A DNA stretch of 37,378 bases from Promethearchaeota archaeon (GCA_019058015.1 JAHLWH010000130.1:1-37378), one strand, 5' to 3'; numbered from the stretch's first letter, positions 9,306 to 19,359 are shown. The notes: generated from the sequence alone by a model not told the origin. Made by a program: numbers and translations.

Positions 9306-10041
9306 ATTCTTCCAGTAGTTTAGCAGGATGACCACCGTAGTTTTTATTAACCTCCAATATTTGTCCTGGTAAGGTATAAGAATGTGCAGAAATCTTTGCG
9401 TTTTCTCCTACTTGCGTTCCAGGCATTAATACAACCTTAGAACCTATTTCAACGTTATCTCCGATATTGATTTTTTTAATATAGAGTTTATCCCTTTCAA
9501 TACCATAGCTTAAAATCGAGCTGCTAATCCCACAAATTACATTATTTCCAATAGTAATGAATTCTGAAGATATCCAACATTGGTCACAAGATGTATTTTT
9601 TCCTATTCTAACTCCAAAAATCCTTAAAACAAATTTATTTTTTAACCATGGCAATGGATTTGTTCCCGCTACATAAAGTGGCCACTTTTTTATCAAATTT
9701 CTAATATTCCAAAATAAATAATCCTTATCTTTTATATCTCGTTGGAAGATTCCTTCTTTTGGTTTGTGAATTAAATTTACAATCATAATAAAAATTTTAG
9801 AAACAATAAGTGAGCTAAGTAGCAGGATATAAATTCCAGCAATTATATTAAGTGGAAAGAGAATCCAAAATAACCAAGTCCATCCAGACACCCAAAAAAA
9901 TGTAAAATAATAATTTTCAAAAATCGTTAATGGAATAAAACTAAGAAATATTATTATAAAATAGATAATTAAATATTTTTTCATAATTCGTGCATCTACT
10001 GGAGTAGGAGAAGCAAGCTTCATGCTAGTTGGACCACTCAT
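9298..10041 (-). CDS. Membrane-anchored left-handed beta-helix (hexapeptide-repeat) acyltransferase-like protein
   Basis: Two N-terminal hydrophobic segments, PKEGIF, FGVRIGKN, ITIGNNV, IGDNVEIG, GGHPAK. Confidence 0.8.
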   Translation of the reverse strand: MSGPTSMKLASPTPVDARIMKKYLIIYFIIIFLSFIPLTIFENYYFTFFWVSGWTWLFWILFPLNIIAGIYILLLSSLIVSKIFIMIVNLIHKPKEGIFQRDIKDKDYLFWNIRNLIKKWPLYVAGTNPLPWLKNKFVLRIFGVRIGKNTSCDQCWISSEFITIGNNVICGISSSILSYGIERDKLYIKKINIGDNVEIGSKVVLMPGTQVGENAKISAHSYTLPGQILEVNKNYGGHPAKLLEESK

Positions 10042-10853
10042 TATTTTTTCTCCTCCTGATTCTTACCTTCTTGTTTATTTTTATATTGTTCAACTCCAAG
10101 CTTTGCCAATTTATCCTCAGTCTCCTCAATACTCATAATTGGAAAGCTTTTTGAGACGGGAACACCAACATGAATTTTACCCCCCTCTAAAAATTGTCCA
10201 ATTTTTGTAATACTATTGGCTCCTAAAATTGTTCCTTCTTCCAAAATGGTTCCCGGAGAAACAATTGTTTGAGGTCCAATGATGCAATTTCTTCCAATTT
10301 CTACACGCTGTATTATCAATTTATCATTGTATATTAAATGTGAGTGGATTATAGTATTCAGACTTGTCATTGTATGATCTCCAATAGTTATAAATTCTGG
10401 ATCAACCCAACCATCATAAATACATACATTTCTTCCTAATTTTACTCCAAAAATTCTATATATAGCAATATCCAACCAAGGAAGTGGTAGTGCTCTTACT
10501 GACCAAAGAGGAAGATAGGTTATCCAATATCTATACCTCCAAAATTTCCAATCTTTACTATTTCGCTCAAATATTCCCTCTTTAGGGGTATAAATTTTAT
10601 TTACTAATCGTAATAATAGAAATGCAATAAATGTAATAGAAAATGTAAATAAATACAAACAACTATATACAGATAATGGAACCAATAACCATAAAATCCA
10701 AAACCCTTGAAGTAAATAATCTATTAACCATAAACTTGTATAAATTACAATCAAAATACCGCAAATAAATTCAATTAGTAAAAAAAATGATGCTTTATCC
10801 TTAAAAATACCAGATGTAGAAATGATCTGAACTTTATTATTCTTTGATTGCAC
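10041..10853 (-). CDS. Membrane-anchored left-handed beta-helix acyltransferase-like protein (paralog of the neighbour)
   Basis: Two TM segments, PKEGIF, FGVKLGRNV, ITIGDH, IGRNCIIG, GVPV. Stop overlaps the next start. Confidence 0.8.
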   Translation of the reverse strand: MQSKNNKVQIISTSGIFKDKASFFLLIEFICGILIVIYTSLWLIDYLLQGFWILWLLVPLSVYSCLYLFTFSITFIAFLLLRLVNKIYTPKEGIFERNSKDWKFWRYRYWITYLPLWSVRALPLPWLDIAIYRIFGVKLGRNVCIYDGWVDPEFITIGDHTMTSLNTIIHSHLIYNDKLIIQRVEIGRNCIIGPQTIVSPGTILEEGTILGANSITKIGQFLEGGKIHVGVPVSKSFPIMSIEETEDKLAKLGVEQYKNKQEGKNQEEKK

Positions 10854-10955
10854 AGTTTTTTTTCCAAAATTTTAATTAAGAAGAACAGATTTAAAATATT
10901 TAAAGTTATATTACTAAATATATCGATTTATATAAAGTTATTAAGGTGAAAAACA

Positions 10956-11843
10956 ATAAGTATTAATTGGGCTGCAATAGAAGCAAAACCAGGTAAGACA
11001 CAAAAGGTTCAAGGGAAGGTTTTATTAGATTTACGAGCGAAAGTGAATGATTTAGAAAAGCAATTAGCTACTACTAAAACACAATTGGATAAAAAAATCA
11101 AAGAATTAAATGAAACTAATGATAAATTATCTTCAACGGAACAGAGTTTGAATGAAACTAAAGAGAAATTGAGTTCTACAGAATCAAATTTGAGTACTCT
11201 TAAAGGAGAAAAGGAAACAGTTGATGGTAAAATTATTGAACTTGAATCAAATCTACAATCAACTAAATCTGAATTAGAAAAAGCGAATGAAAGGAGTTCT
11301 GATTTAGAAAATGAACTAAGTGATGCTAAAACAAAAAATACAGAATTAGAAGGAAAATTCAATAATGTGTCTGGAACTGTTTCTGATTTAGAAAATAAAA
11401 TATCACAAAAAGATAAAGAGATAGAAAAACTTAAAACTGAATTACAAGGAAAAGGAGAAGAACTCGAAGCAAAAACAAATAAAATAAAAGATCTTGAAAC
11501 TGAAATTGCCTCTAATCACGATAAAATTAATGAATTAACCAATGCTTTGAAAAAAAAGGAAAGTCAATTTACTGCTATAACAAGTTCTCTCTCAGAAAAA
11601 GAAGAAGCTATTGCAAAGGCTTCTGAAAGATTAGAAGAAGTGGAGTCTGAATTAAGTGAGCTAAAACCTCCTGAGATTAGCGCAGCTGGAGGTTTTTCGA
11701 GTGAAGAGAGGATTATCTGCCCTATGTGTGGTGGAGTTAAAATTAAAGAAGTTGAAGATAAGAGCAAGGTACTTTCTTATGTTGGACACATTCCGCTATA
11801 CGCCAAGAAGAGAATTTGCAAAAGTTGCGGTTATGAATTTTAA
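10956..11843 (+). CDS. Long coiled-coil protein with C-terminal zinc ribbon; probable ATA start
   Basis: Heptad-rich body and CPMC...CKSC at the end. Frame is open from 10950, and AAGGTGA lies 6 nt before ATA 10956 (the ORF track starts at GTG 11043). Confidence 0.75.
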   Translation: MSINWAAIEAKPGKTQKVQGKVLLDLRAKVNDLEKQLATTKTQLDKKIKELNETNDKLSSTEQSLNETKEKLSSTESNLSTLKGEKETVDGKIIELESNLQSTKSELEKANERSSDLENELSDAKTKNTELEGKFNNVSGTVSDLENKISQKDKEIEKLKTELQGKGEELEAKTNKIKDLETEIASNHDKINELTNALKKKESQFTAITSSLSEKEEAIAKASERLEEVESELSELKPPEISAAGGFSSEERIICPMCGGVKIKEVEDKSKVLSYVGHIPLYAKKRICKSCGYEF

Positions 11844-12030
11844 GAAATCTTTTTTCTATTTATTTTTTTTAATATATGGCTTATCTGTATTAAATTTAAT
11901 CATCCTATGAAGATTTAATGAAATATTTTAAATTATGTTTTTTACAGATTTTTTCCCAAATAAAAAATTTTATTTTTTTTCCCAATTTCTTATTTAAGTA
12001 ATAGTGTAAAAATAAAGTAATTTGAATAAG

Positions 12031-13182
12031 ATGCAATATAAAATAAAAATTTTTTTCACTTCAAATGTATTTTCTGATACCGAGATCGGTACAAATACAA
12101 AAATAAGTGAAAAATATCGAAAAAAAATTGAGGGATTATGGAATATTCTAAAAAAGAAAGCTGAAATAAAAATTTTCGATGGACGTTTTCCTTCAGAATC
12201 TCAAATTTATAGTGAAATAAAAAAATTTAATCCTGATATTATTGGATGTCATTTAAGTCATGAATTAGCAACAGATATTCTTGAAGATTCAGAGATTTTT
12301 GCTATTGCTACTGCGACAATGGGATATAACCATATTGGAAAGATTTCTGGAAATAAAATTTTAATAACTCATACTCCAGGTGTTCTTTTTGAGACTGTAG
12401 CAGATTTTACAATAGCAATTATTATGACAAACCTTAGAAACCTAGTTGATTTACATAATTTTGTATGGACTGGAAAATGGACAGCGGAAGAGAAGTGGGA
12501 CCTCGACCAAAAACTGTGTTCAAAAATTGATAATAAGATACTGGGAATTATTGGTGTAGGTCAAATAGGTCGAGAGGTAATAAGAAGATTATATCCTGTG
12601 GGGGTAAAAATATTGTATAATGATATATTTAGAAATAAAACGATGGAAAAAAATTTTCCGGGAATTAAATTTATTGATAATTATGAAGAAATTTTTACTA
12701 ATTGCGATATTATAACAGTTCATATTCCTTTAACAGAAAAAACTAAAGGAATTGTTAATAGAGATTTATTAAAATTAATGAAGAAGGATGCAGTTTTAGT
12801 TAACACCGCACGAGGTCCTATAATAAATTTTCATGACCTTTTAGAGTTATTAGAAAATAGAGAGATTTCGATAAATTTAGCGTTTGATGTTTTCGGACCA
12901 ATTGAACCAATTAAACCTCAAATATTAGAACGTTTTAAAAAAATAAAAAAAGAAAATCCTAATTTGCGATTTACTTTTATACCTCATAATGCGAGTGCAG
13001 ATGCAGATACTAGGGCTAAAATGAATATTATGTTTTTACAAGATATTATAAAAATCATTGAATCTAAAAATTTAGATGATTTAAAAGAGGTCCATATTAT
13101 CCCCGAACAAAAGAAAAGAATAAATGAAATTGATTTTCGAATTAAAAAATATTGGGAAAAAAAAGGCTTGAAAAAATTATGA
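12031..13182 (+). CDS. D-isomer-specific 2-hydroxyacid dehydrogenase (glyoxylate reductase-like)
   Basis: GYNHI, HTPGVL.ETVAD, GIIGVGQIG, HIPLT, NTARG, DVF..EP, PHNAS. Confidence 0.9.
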   Translation: MQYKIKIFFTSNVFSDTEIGTNTKISEKYRKKIEGLWNILKKKAEIKIFDGRFPSESQIYSEIKKFNPDIIGCHLSHELATDILEDSEIFAIATATMGYNHIGKISGNKILITHTPGVLFETVADFTIAIIMTNLRNLVDLHNFVWTGKWTAEEKWDLDQKLCSKIDNKILGIIGVGQIGREVIRRLYPVGVKILYNDIFRNKTMEKNFPGIKFIDNYEEIFTNCDIITVHIPLTEKTKGIVNRDLLKLMKKDAVLVNTARGPIINFHDLLELLENREISINLAFDVFGPIEPIKPQILERFKKIKKENPNLRFTFIPHNASADADTRAKMNIMFLQDIIKIIESKNLDDLKEVHIIPEQKKRINEIDFRIKKYWEKKGLKKL

Positions 13183-13754
13183 AAATAAGAACATTTATGG
13201 CATTTGAATTAAAAGATGAACAAACAATTAGGAATTTATCTGATTTCTCTTATAAATTAAAGAAGATCCAAACAAAAATTAAGATAGTTGAGCAAGAAAA
13301 TTATCATATTACAATGAAATTTCTTGGCAATGTTGAAGAATCTCAAGCTAAAGTGATATATAATTTAATTACTAATCATATCAACAATGAATTTTTTAAG
13401 GATGGAGTAAAAAAATATTCTCTAAAAGGGATTGGGCAATTTAAAGGATATAGTACAATTTGGGTTAGGTTGATTGGGGATATTCAAATTCTACAAGAGA
13501 TTAAGGATACTCTTGAGAATTTGTTAAAAAATCAGCTTAATATTGAAAAAGATAAAAGAGAAATCTTTAAACCTCATTTAACTATTGGGAGATTAAAATC
13601 TAATAAAATTAATTATAAAAATTTTGATGATTTTAAAAATTTGATTAAGGAGAATAAAAATTTAGATTTGGGTGAATTCACAATTGAAAAATTATTGTTA
13701 AAAAAGTCAGATCTAACACCAAAAGGTCCGATATATACAACTTTATCGTATTAA
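13179..13754 (+). CDS. thpR: RNA 2',3'-cyclic phosphodiesterase (2H family)
   Basis: RTFMA, HITMKFLG, PHLTIGR and SDLTPKGPIY. ATGA overlap with the upstream stop. Confidence 0.9.
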   Translation: MKIRTFMAFELKDEQTIRNLSDFSYKLKKIQTKIKIVEQENYHITMKFLGNVEESQAKVIYNLITNHINNEFFKDGVKKYSLKGIGQFKGYSTIWVRLIGDIQILQEIKDTLENLLKNQLNIEKDKREIFKPHLTIGRLKSNKINYKNFDDFKNLIKENKNLDLGEFTIEKLLLKKSDLTPKGPIYTTLSY

Positions 13755-13772
13755 TTGAAGTAGAATTATATT

Positions 13773-14465
13773 ATGAGTGTTGAAGAAAAAAAGATAAGGG
13801 CAATAGCATGGGATTTAGACGGGACTCTCGTATATTTTAATATAGACTTTATTCAAGCGAGAAAAAACGTTATTGAAGTTTTCACAGAAAATGGAGTAGA
13901 CTCTTCTGATTTAAGTATTCAAAAATCAATATTGGAAAATGTGAAGATTGGAAAGGAAAAATTTAAAGAAATGAAAATTTCCAAAAAAAAAGTAAAAAAA
14001 ATATTAAAAAAAGTTGAAAAATCTATCATCAAAGTAGAGAGCCAAGCAGCAGAAAACGCTAATATTGTTGATGGAATTAGGGAGACTTTAGAGTTTTGCC
14101 ACCAAAAACGATTAAAACAAGCAATATATACTTTAAATACTAATGAAACCGCCAAAAAAACTTTAAAGAAGATAAAAATATTAAATTATTTCGATTTTAT
14201 TGTTGGTAGAGATGATGTTGTTAACTCAAAACCTCATTCGGATCATCTAAACTATATTTGTAAAAAATTAAATCTATTCAATCAAGAATTATTAATTATT
14301 GGGGATAATTCACGAGATATTGAAGGTGCAAACAATATTAGTGCACCATCTATTGGAATTTTAACATTTAAGCACTCTGAAAATGATTTAAAAGGTGCAA
14401 ATTTTATAATAGAACAGAAAAAAATAACTCAAGACTTAAAAAAAACAATAAAAACTTTTTTATAG
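13773..14465 (+). CDS. HAD-superfamily hydrolase (phosphoglycolate phosphatase-like)
   Basis: WDLDGTL, TLN, KP and GDNSRD motifs. Confidence 0.9.
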   Translation: MSVEEKKIRAIAWDLDGTLVYFNIDFIQARKNVIEVFTENGVDSSDLSIQKSILENVKIGKEKFKEMKISKKKVKKILKKVEKSIIKVESQAAENANIVDGIRETLEFCHQKRLKQAIYTLNTNETAKKTLKKIKILNYFDFIVGRDDVVNSKPHSDHLNYICKKLNLFNQELLIIGDNSRDIEGANNISAPSIGILTFKHSENDLKGANFIIEQKKITQDLKKTIKTFL

Positions 14466-14549
14466 ATATTTCAATACAAATATCTTATTAAATACAAATA
14501 ATTAAAAATTTAAAAAAAGAACAAAAAAGAACTTGATTAAGAGATTAGT

Positions 14550-14798
14550 ATGGTGAAAAGAGTTGTTCTAGATGTGTTAAAACCACATCAACCAAATATA
14601 GACGTATTAGCCACAGAACTTATGAATCTTGAGGGCATAACAGGAGTTGAAATAAAAGTTGAGGAGATTGATGAAAAAACCTCCTCTATAAAAGTAACAG
14701 TGCATGGAGAAAACTTTGATCTAGATAAAGTTATCGAAAAATTGGAAAGTCTAACTTGTGCTGTGCATAGTATTGACGAAATATTTATAACTAAATAA
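14550..14798 (+). CDS. DUF211-family small archaeal protein
   Basis: RVVLDVLKPHQP...V.EID...VHSIDE pattern. Confidence 0.85.
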   Translation: MVKRVVLDVLKPHQPNIDVLATELMNLEGITGVEIKVEEIDEKTSSIKVTVHGENFDLDKVIEKLESLTCAVHSIDEIFITK

Positions 14799-14906
14799 TT
14801 TTAATGAAATTTAATAATGATCCAGTTTATGGATTATCAAGAGAATGTAACGGGAACATTAAATTACTAAATAATAGAAAATATTTAAAAAATTTTTAGT
14901 TGTTAA

Positions 14907-15260
14907 ATGACTGAACCAAAAGTCGCAAAAATAGTTAATGAAAGTGGCGAAATCTCTGATGATTTAGATTATGCCTTAGCTAATTTTTTATTAGCTCAAA
15001 GGGGCCCTGGATTTACAGCTTGTCGTCCGCAATTAGTTGAATTAGAAGATCAATCTCAGGTGATAAAAATGATGATAGACCATACTTACATTGGAAAGGA
15101 TAACAATGTTTATGGCTTGGGAATTGTAGGTTATATTTATATTTCAACAACAGATTATTCAATTATTTTTTGTACTCCCCTTAAAGAAATGGAAGAGAAT
15201 ATTCAAGTGCTTAAAGATTCTGGAGTTGAAGCCCAGAAAAGACCTAGAGGAAAATATTGA
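14907..15260 (+). CDS. Hypothetical protein
   Basis: 117-aa ORF with ATG start and protein-like composition, collinear with neighbours; no family recognised. Confidence 0.7.
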   Translation: MTEPKVAKIVNESGEISDDLDYALANFLLAQRGPGFTACRPQLVELEDQSQVIKMMIDHTYIGKDNNVYGLGIVGYIYISTTDYSIIFCTPLKEMEENIQVLKDSGVEAQKRPRGKY

Positions 15261-15358
15261 ATATTGAAACAAATAAATTTTATCAATAATCTTTTTTCCA
15301 AAACTTTTATTATTTAGCTTAAATAAATCATAAACTAATTAAAAATCTCGTGAAATTG

Positions 15359-15928
15359 ATGTCTAATAATAAAAAAGAAGAATCAGAACAAGCTAAAAAT
15401 GTTAAGGCACAAATTCTTGACTATTTATTGGAAGAGGGAATATTGAGAAAAAAACTACCCTTAAGACCTAAAATTGATTTTGGTTTTGAAATTGCATATC
15501 CACCAGATCCTAGAGGAAAGAATCCTAATACTAAATTAATGGTGATAATTAAACCGAAAGAAAAAGACTATATAATTATTCAAATTGCAACTCAAATTTC
15601 CGAACCACATGTAAAAGCTTTAAATTCCTTGCCAGAAGAAAAAAGATTTTTTTTTTTTATAGATTTGAAAAAAGCATTATTACTGAGAAATTTAATGTAT
15701 AATATTGATATTCGAAATTATAGATATCTTATTTCAGACCAGATCTTCATAGAAAAAAACAAAAAAATTTCTAAGAATGACTTATTTAAATGTATAAAAA
15801 ATGTTTTCAATATTGCACTTTATGCAAATATTTTATTAGGGGAACTCTGTTCAGGAAAGATTGATAAATCAATTTTTGAAAAAGGAAAAGGAAATTCATC
15901 TGATCCTAGTTTTTCATTATATTCATAA
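15359..15928 (+). CDS. DUF2299-like conserved archaeal protein
   Basis: I.DYL.EEG, FEIAYPP, IIKPKEKDYI and ISEPH pattern. Confidence 0.6.
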   Translation: MSNNKKEESEQAKNVKAQILDYLLEEGILRKKLPLRPKIDFGFEIAYPPDPRGKNPNTKLMVIIKPKEKDYIIIQIATQISEPHVKALNSLPEEKRFFFFIDLKKALLLRNLMYNIDIRNYRYLISDQIFIEKNKKISKNDLFKCIKNVFNIALYANILLGELCSGKIDKSIFEKGKGNSSDPSFSLYS

Positions 15929-15949
15929 TATTCTTAGGTTTTCGATAAA

Positions 15950-16471
15950 ATGTTCGATCGCTGGCTTCAAGCAATTGGAAAAGTAGATTATGTTAGAAAC
16001 AATGATCGCCCTGATGTTGAGTGTATATTATGTTCCATCAGAGATGACGATGAAAGGGTAAAAATTTTTAAAATATATCAAGATAATGTCGCGCTGGTTT
16101 CTCTTAACGCCTTTCCTTATAATTCTGGGCACTTATTAATAGCACCCTGCAGACATATTAAATCTTTTCAAGAATTGACTAAATCTGAAATAATTCATAT
16201 TTCTCGATTGATTCAAGGTCTTCAAAAATTAATTGTTGATTTATTTAATAATACTGGATTTAATATTGGAATTAATGAGGGATTAAATTCGGGTGCAAGC
16301 ATAGACCATTTACACTTTCACATAGTTCCAAGATATGATAATGAATTAGGATATATTGATATTGTTTCAAATTCTCGTATAGTAATTGAAGGGTTAGAAT
16401 CTGTCTTAAAACGCTATAAAGAAAAAATTAGCGATTATATTAATAAAGATTACTTTAAGAATTTTAAATAA
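15950..16471 (+). CDS. HIT-family hydrolase (Ap4A phosphorylase-like)
   Basis: CILC, NAFPYNSGHLL, GFNIGIN.G..SGASI and HLHFHIVPR. Confidence 0.92.
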   Translation: MFDRWLQAIGKVDYVRNNDRPDVECILCSIRDDDERVKIFKIYQDNVALVSLNAFPYNSGHLLIAPCRHIKSFQELTKSEIIHISRLIQGLQKLIVDLFNNTGFNIGINEGLNSGASIDHLHFHIVPRYDNELGYIDIVSNSRIVIEGLESVLKRYKEKISDYINKDYFKNFK

Positions 16472-16513
16472 GAAAAAAAATAGAATTTTTTATAAATTGT
16501 TTTTTGAATTTAT

Positions 16514-16747
16514 TTATCTTGAAGCGTTTCGGATATCAACTGCTGTGACTCTCTTTCTTTTTGCTACTTTCGTATGAGCAATTGCATCTTTTGTTATTTT
16601 TGCACCTGCGTCTTCTAAATAATCAATTAATTTATCAAGAGCTTCTGCAGCCACTAAACGAGCACCTTCCGCTTTCATTAAGCGCCTAATAGGAGCTTTT
16701 GCGATATAAGATTCTCTTTTTTTAGCGGCTGGTTTCTTTTTAGCCAT
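16514..16747 (-). CDS. Archaeal histone (HMf-like fold) with Lys-rich N-terminal extension
   Basis: IAKAPIRRLMKAEGARLVAAEA...AKRKRVTAVDI histone fold preceded by MAKKKPAAKKRES. GGAGG lies upstream of ATG 16747. Confidence 0.92.
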   Translation of the reverse strand: MAKKKPAAKKRESYIAKAPIRRLMKAEGARLVAAEALDKLIDYLEDAGAKITKDAIAHTKVAKRKRVTAVDIRNASR

Positions 16748-17195
16748 AATTTTTTCCTCCACTAATATTTTTATATATAAAAAATTTATTGTGTTTAATA
16801 TAACCTACATCTTTCTAATATATAAATATTTTGTTTCGAATTAATATTAACTTTAATTTCTGAATATATTTTTCATTACTAGTAAAAAAAATTGATACAG
16901 TTAAATACCGACAAAATATAAAAAAAAATAAAAAATTTGATTTAATTTTTGGAATCCTTTTTATGGAATGTAGAAATTTTTTATTAAAAATTTAAAAAAG
17001 GTTCGAATTTATTAACTATTTATAACTAATACAAATGTAAAATTAGTTGATTTTATTTAATTAAAATTATTCTACAAATTTTTTTTTTTATTTATTAAAC
17101 CAATTTTGAAATGTAAAATTTGATTAAAAAATTAAATTTAATAATGTTATCTGAGATTATTTATTTAACTACAGAATTAGGATTGATGTCTAATC

Positions 17196-18041
17196 ATTGA
17201 AAAGACCGAAAAGATAAGTTTAAATTTTGATAACATCGTAAAAAAATTAGAGAAGTTAAATAACTTCACAAAAAATGATGCTAAAGTATATTTAACTTTA
17301 GTAAGATATGGCTATTTAAGCCCTGCAGAAATATCTAGGTACTCTTCGGTTGACCGAGCAAGAGTATATGACTCTTTGAATAGATTGGTTGAAAAAAATT
17401 TTGTTCAAAGGGAACCTATTAAAAGGGGGGCCGGGTACAAAGCTAAACCACCCTCCAATGTTTTTTCAATTATTCGGGAAGAATTAAGGAATAAAATAGA
17501 AATTACAACTGATATTGAGAAACAAATAAAAAATTTAGAACCACCAGTAGAAAAGACTGAATCCAGGGTCTGGAGTATATATACAAAGGAAAATATTAGG
17601 ACTAGAATTGTAGACCTAATTGATAAATCACGAGAAAGAATCTATTTCATAATTACACCAGATCTAATAATGGGTGATGAAGGATATAAGTGGTTGCTTG
17701 ATAGAATTTATTATAAAAAATTTAAAGACGAGGAGATTGAAATAATTATTGCATTAAATGTAACTTCCAAATTATTGGATGATCTTAAAAAATTATTACG
17801 AATAGGCATCAAAATATATAAATCCGTTAGCTCAAATATTGTTCCTTTTGGACTTTTAATTGCTGATAATGAATTTTTATTAACAACCTTAGATAAACCA
17901 AAAGAATTACCGGAATATAATTCGGGATTATGGTTAGAAGGTGGAGATGAAGGTCAAATAATTGGATATGTCCATTTATTTAACCATTTTATTAGTGCAG
18001 AATGTAAGGAAGGAACAATAATAAAAAAAACCAAGACTTAA
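17196..18041 (+). CDS. TrmB-family transcriptional regulator; start probably non-canonical (ATT 17196 or a nearby ATC/ATA)
   Basis: Frame is open from 17187 and encodes FTKNDAKVYLTLVRYGYLSPAEISRYSSVDRARVYDSLNRLVEKNFV (TrmB HTH) upstream of the listed TTG 17376. No in-frame ATG, GTG or TTG precedes this domain. Confidence 0.8.
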   Translation: MEKTEKISLNFDNIVKKLEKLNNFTKNDAKVYLTLVRYGYLSPAEISRYSSVDRARVYDSLNRLVEKNFVQREPIKRGAGYKAKPPSNVFSIIREELRNKIEITTDIEKQIKNLEPPVEKTESRVWSIYTKENIRTRIVDLIDKSRERIYFIITPDLIMGDEGYKWLLDRIYYKKFKDEEIEIIIALNVTSKLLDDLKKLLRIGIKIYKSVSSNIVPFGLLIADNEFLLTTLDKPKELPEYNSGLWLEGGDEGQIIGYVHLFNHFISAECKEGTIIKKTKT

Positions 18042-18072
18042 TTAAAGAATTTTAAAAAAGAGTTAATGAAAC

Positions 18073-18597
18073 TTGACACATTATAAGGCAAAAGTAATAA
18101 TGGCCGGGTCTTATGGGGTTGGAAAAACATCCTTAATTGTACGATATTGTGATAATACTTTTTTAGAGGAATATATCCAAACTATTGGAGCAAATTTTTA
18201 CATAAAAGAAATAGATCAAAAGGTCTTTACTGATTCGGATGTTAATTTAACACTTTTTTTATGGGATATATGCGGGCAAATTGATAAATTATTTGTAACG
18301 GAATATTACTTTTCTGGGGCAAGTAGTGCTATTATCGTTTTTGATTTAACTAACAAACAGAGTTTTAAGGATTTAGATTTTTGGATTAAAAAAATAAGAG
18401 ATCTCTCAGGGAATATTCCATTCATAATTATAGGAAATAAAACAGATTTAGAAGCCCAAAGAAAAATTTCAAAAAAAGAAGGATATAAAAAAGCATCTGA
18501 TTATAATGTAAATTATATTGAGACTTCTGCTAAGAAGAATATTAATGTTGACATAATCTTTAATGATATTTCGAAAAAAATTATTGCAAGAGTCTAG
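18073..18597 (+). CDS. Rab-like small GTPase
   Basis: GSYGVGKTS, TIG, WDICGQ, NKTD and ETSAK. No C-terminal prenylation motif. Confidence 0.92.
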   Translation: MTHYKAKVIMAGSYGVGKTSLIVRYCDNTFLEEYIQTIGANFYIKEIDQKVFTDSDVNLTLFLWDICGQIDKLFVTEYYFSGASSAIIVFDLTNKQSFKDLDFWIKKIRDLSGNIPFIIIGNKTDLEAQRKISKKEGYKKASDYNVNYIETSAKKNINVDIIFNDISKKIIARV

Positions 18598-18648
18598 TTT
18601 TAAGAATTAATTTTGTTTTTAAATATTCCTTTTTTATTTTTATTAAAT

Positions 18649-19341
18649 ATGAATATTCTTATTATCCCTGTATCTCAACTAGATCAAGCCAAGATAAGAT
18701 TACGTGACATTTTTTCTAAAGAAAAGATAAAAGAATTCACATTGGCAATGTTTAAAGATATTTGCCAAAAAACTTTGAATATAGATTGTTTTTCTAAAAA
18801 GATAGTATATTGTAATACACAAGAAATATTAGATGTTTCACGAGATTATGGTTTTATTCCTATTAAAGAAGATAGGAGTAAAAAATCTCCAGATTTTAAT
18901 AATGTTATTACTGAAATTAATGATATTATCGTAGAAAAGTTTAATCCAATCAGTACATTAATTGCTTTTGCAGATTTAATTCTCATTTCACAAAAAAGCT
19001 TCTTGGAGATAAGTGAACTATTAAAAAAAAACCAGTTAGTGATATGTCCATCGGTAAATTCATTGGGAATATCTTTAATTGGCAGATCACCTCCAAATAC
19101 TATTAAAACTTGTTTTTCAGATTCTAAAAACCCATCATTAATTGCTCAAATGGAATTAATAAAAAAGAAAGGATTAAAGAAAGTAGTGTTATATGATTCA
19201 TTTAGAGCTGGATTTGACGTCGATATTAAAGAACAAGTAATTATAGGTTACGAGTTTTTGAAAATATTCAATCTTACGGATACTGAAACTTACAAATTTT
19301 TGAAACGGAATTTGAAAGAAAGTATAAGGCACAATAAGTAA
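18649..19341 (+). CDS. cofC: CofC-like 2-phospho-L-lactate/PEP guanylyltransferase (F420 biosynthesis)
   Basis: IIPV...AKIRL, AMFKD, ADL, ICPS and FDVD pattern; divergent. Confidence 0.7.
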   Translation: MNILIIPVSQLDQAKIRLRDIFSKEKIKEFTLAMFKDICQKTLNIDCFSKKIVYCNTQEILDVSRDYGFIPIKEDRSKKSPDFNNVITEINDIIVEKFNPISTLIAFADLILISQKSFLEISELLKKNQLVICPSVNSLGISLIGRSPPNTIKTCFSDSKNPSLIAQMELIKKKGLKKVVLYDSFRAGFDVDIKEQVIIGYEFLKIFNLTDTETYKFLKRNLKESIRHNK

Positions 19342-19359
19342 AGTTGTTTAAATTATTTT

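Noticed and set aside
1530-16915. CCGACAAAA found in two intergenic regions (near 1530 and 16907)
   Set aside because: Only two short copies, not palindromic; not distinguishable from chance.
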